NCBI GenBank assembly: GCA_963823665.1
Contig: CAWGMQ010000004.1
Coordinates: forward strand, 2,560,001 to 2,624,000
Length of the DNA stretch: 64,000 nt
Reading direction: 5' to 3'
DNA from: an uncultured Planctomycetota bacterium
GTDB taxonomy: Bacteria > Planctomycetota > Planctomycetia > Isosphaerales > Isosphaeraceae
This document shows, one piece after another, positions 62,334 through 64,000 of this stretch. Made by a program: the position numbers and the translations under genes. The first letter of the stretch is position 1; each line of letters opens with the position of its first letter. The notes beneath the pieces were generated by a model. The model was not told where the DNA came from and did not search any database. It was given only the letters and a program-made list of their open reading frames with translations.

Positions 62334-62605
62334 GAGGGCGGGCTCCGGAGGAGCGGGGCGCTTCTGAACTTTTGTATAGAATACATCTGAATACGTAGCG
62401 AGTCAAGCGCGGTGGTTGGACGCGTGACGGGGAGAACCGGCTTGGTCCGACGATGCGAAGCATCGGGGGAGAGTGTTTTCCGCGCTGATTTCATGGGAGT
62501 GCGGAGCTTGGAATAGGGGCGGTACCCGCGCGGCAGTTCGATGGCGGTGATCAGGAAGAACGGATATAGTCGCGGCAGGTCGTCTACTTGCACGGAGGCG
62601 GGTGT

Positions 62606-63379
62606 ATGTCGCGAGCATGGATGATCAGCGGGCGATCGAAGGGGATCAGCACGTTCCTTGGGCTGGCGCTCGCCGTCGGCCTGGCGCTCTGGCTTGCGGG
62701 GCGGCTTCCGGACTGCAAAGACGCTGCGCGGCCATTGATCGCTGCTCTCGAAGAGTCTCACCGAATCAACGGACACTATCCGGAGACGCTCAAGACGCTG
62801 GTACACGCGAAGCTACTGCGGAGTTTGCCGCGCCCGACCTGGAACCTAGGCGTCCAGCACATGGATGACTTCGAATACTCGGTCGAGCCCGACCTGGATT
62901 ATTATTGCCTCGAATTCGCAGAGGCTCCGATCTTCGGCGGAATTGGTCCCCCTCACTGGGATGGGGTCTATTACGTTTCGTTCCGAGAGAACTGGAGTCG
63001 TTCCGAGTACGACCAGCATTTGCTCCCTGTCGAGCGGGCGGGTGAGCGCTTCCGGCAGTCGCGGTCGTCAACAGATCTTCAGCTCCTCGTCAAGAAATTG
63101 CAGAATTCGCGCTCGCGAGAAAGCTCAATCTTCTGGGAGGACATCGCGGCGGCGTTTGGCCCGGAGTTGCCGTGCTCGATTGAGGGGCAACCTGGGTTCA
63201 TGGTGGAAGCTGGGGACGATGAAGCGGCTGCGATCTTCTTTGCTACCAGACGGGCGAACACATTATCAGGCGATAAGAGTATCGTTGTAAAGATATTCGA
63301 GCGGTTCAAGGACGGCGCGGGCGTGAAATGGCGGGAGGTCTTCCGTGATGAAAATGATTGGTGGGGGAAGGGTGGGTGA
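62606..63379 (+). CDS. Hypothetical exported/membrane-anchored protein
   Basis: GGAGG RBS, N-terminal TM, LIAALEE.H..NG.YPETL..L. Confidence 0.6.
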   Translation: MSRAWMISGRSKGISTFLGLALAVGLALWLAGRLPDCKDAARPLIAALEESHRINGHYPETLKTLVHAKLLRSLPRPTWNLGVQHMDDFEYSVEPDLDYYCLEFAEAPIFGGIGPPHWDGVYYVSFRENWSRSEYDQHLLPVERAGERFRQSRSSTDLQLLVKKLQNSRSRESSIFWEDIAAAFGPELPCSIEGQPGFMVEAGDDEAAAIFFATRRANTLSGDKSIVVKIFERFKDGAGVKWREVFRDENDWWGKGG

Positions 63380-63568
63380 TCTGCGACTACACGTTGGTGT
63401 CCGTGAAGCGTTTGCTTGATGCGTGCGGCGGTCTTCGGGTCGGCGTCAGTCATCTGCTTGGTAGACGCCGGATCGGGAACCGTGAAGATGTCTGCCGGTT
63501 TGACGCTGTCGGAATGATCGGCTTCGGCGAGGAGGACGGTGGAAGGCGAAGCAGCTTTTGGCCTTCGA

Positions 63569-64000
63569 TCAGTCGGTGTAGTATTTATTCTCGTTGGGGA
63601 ACTCTTCGCCCGCGAGAATCTTGTCCTTTTGCGCCAGGAATTGATCCAGCGGCGGACGTTGCGTGAGTCCGATGGTGCGCTGGCAAGCGTGGGCGAGGGT
63701 GAGCAGGGTGGTCTCGTCGTAAACGCGGCCAATCATCATTTGCGGTTTTGGCAACAGGAAACCGTCCTTGGCTTCGAACCTCTTGGGGAACACGATCATG
63801 GGATGCCCCGTCATATTGCCGTACCACTCCCATCCTTCATCAGGATCGCTGCCCGAAATCCGTTCGTTACAAAGAAAGACATCGACGGCCTGCATCATTT
63901 TGTCAAAGCGCTGCATGACGATGGCCCGCAGTCGATTCAGCCTGAGATAGTCGACAGCCGTCAGAAAATGGCCAAGCAAAAAGTACGGAGGCCAACCTTT
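63569..64000 (-). CDS. C-terminal part of an amidase-signature family protein (enters from the right edge)
   Basis: AVDYLRLNRLR...VDVFL, NMTGHP, MIGRVYDETTLL.LA. Confidence 0.75.
   Translation of the reverse strand, partial: KGWPPYFLLGHFLTAVDYLRLNRLRAIVMQRFDKMMQAVDVFLCNERISGSDPDEGWEWYGNMTGHPMIVFPKRFEAKDGFLLPKPQMMIGRVYDETTLLTLAHACQRTIGLTQRPPLDQFLAQKDKILAGEEFPNENKYYTD

Overview
High-GC window from a planctomycete, most likely Isosphaeraceae (a 'LESLEPRVLLS' Planctomycete extracellular motif, planctomycete-type ECF/kinase genes and REP-like repeats). It has three parts. (1) 1-29.9 kb: an accessory island with a long leftward Tad/Flp pilus cluster (two CpaF ATPases, one FHA-fused; two pilins; TadV; TadE/G; CpaB). 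Embedded in it are a MacB-like ABC-FtsX fusion, a secreted VWA protein resembling the PpkA periplasmic region and a pseudokinase-TM-FGE protein, together resembling the T6SS TagRST-PpkA-Fha trigger pathway. An ECF sigma, a ZAS anti-sigma-like gene, a phytochelatin-synthase-like gene, a hybrid kinase and a sigma54 activator follow, with two sigma54-like promoters sharing an enhancer-like motif. (2) 29.9-45.7 kb: a recombination hotspot between full parB and a diverged 3' parB copy. It holds four non-intact tRNA-Leu(UAA) pieces with arm-type repeats that delimit two tandem integrase-less cassettes, each carrying a Ser/Thr kinase-WD40 gene. It also has a large adhesin-like gene and two Uma2 nucleases. 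(3) 45.7-64 kb: mostly core genes (parAB, pncB, GT39, HDAC, PfpI, csrA, ECF, SDR, kinase), tRNA-Glu, two tRNA-Arg and three parS sites. Many genes, including core ones, are split by single frameshifts, which points to assembly indels rather than pseudogenes. All family calls are by motif recognition by eye; no searches were run.
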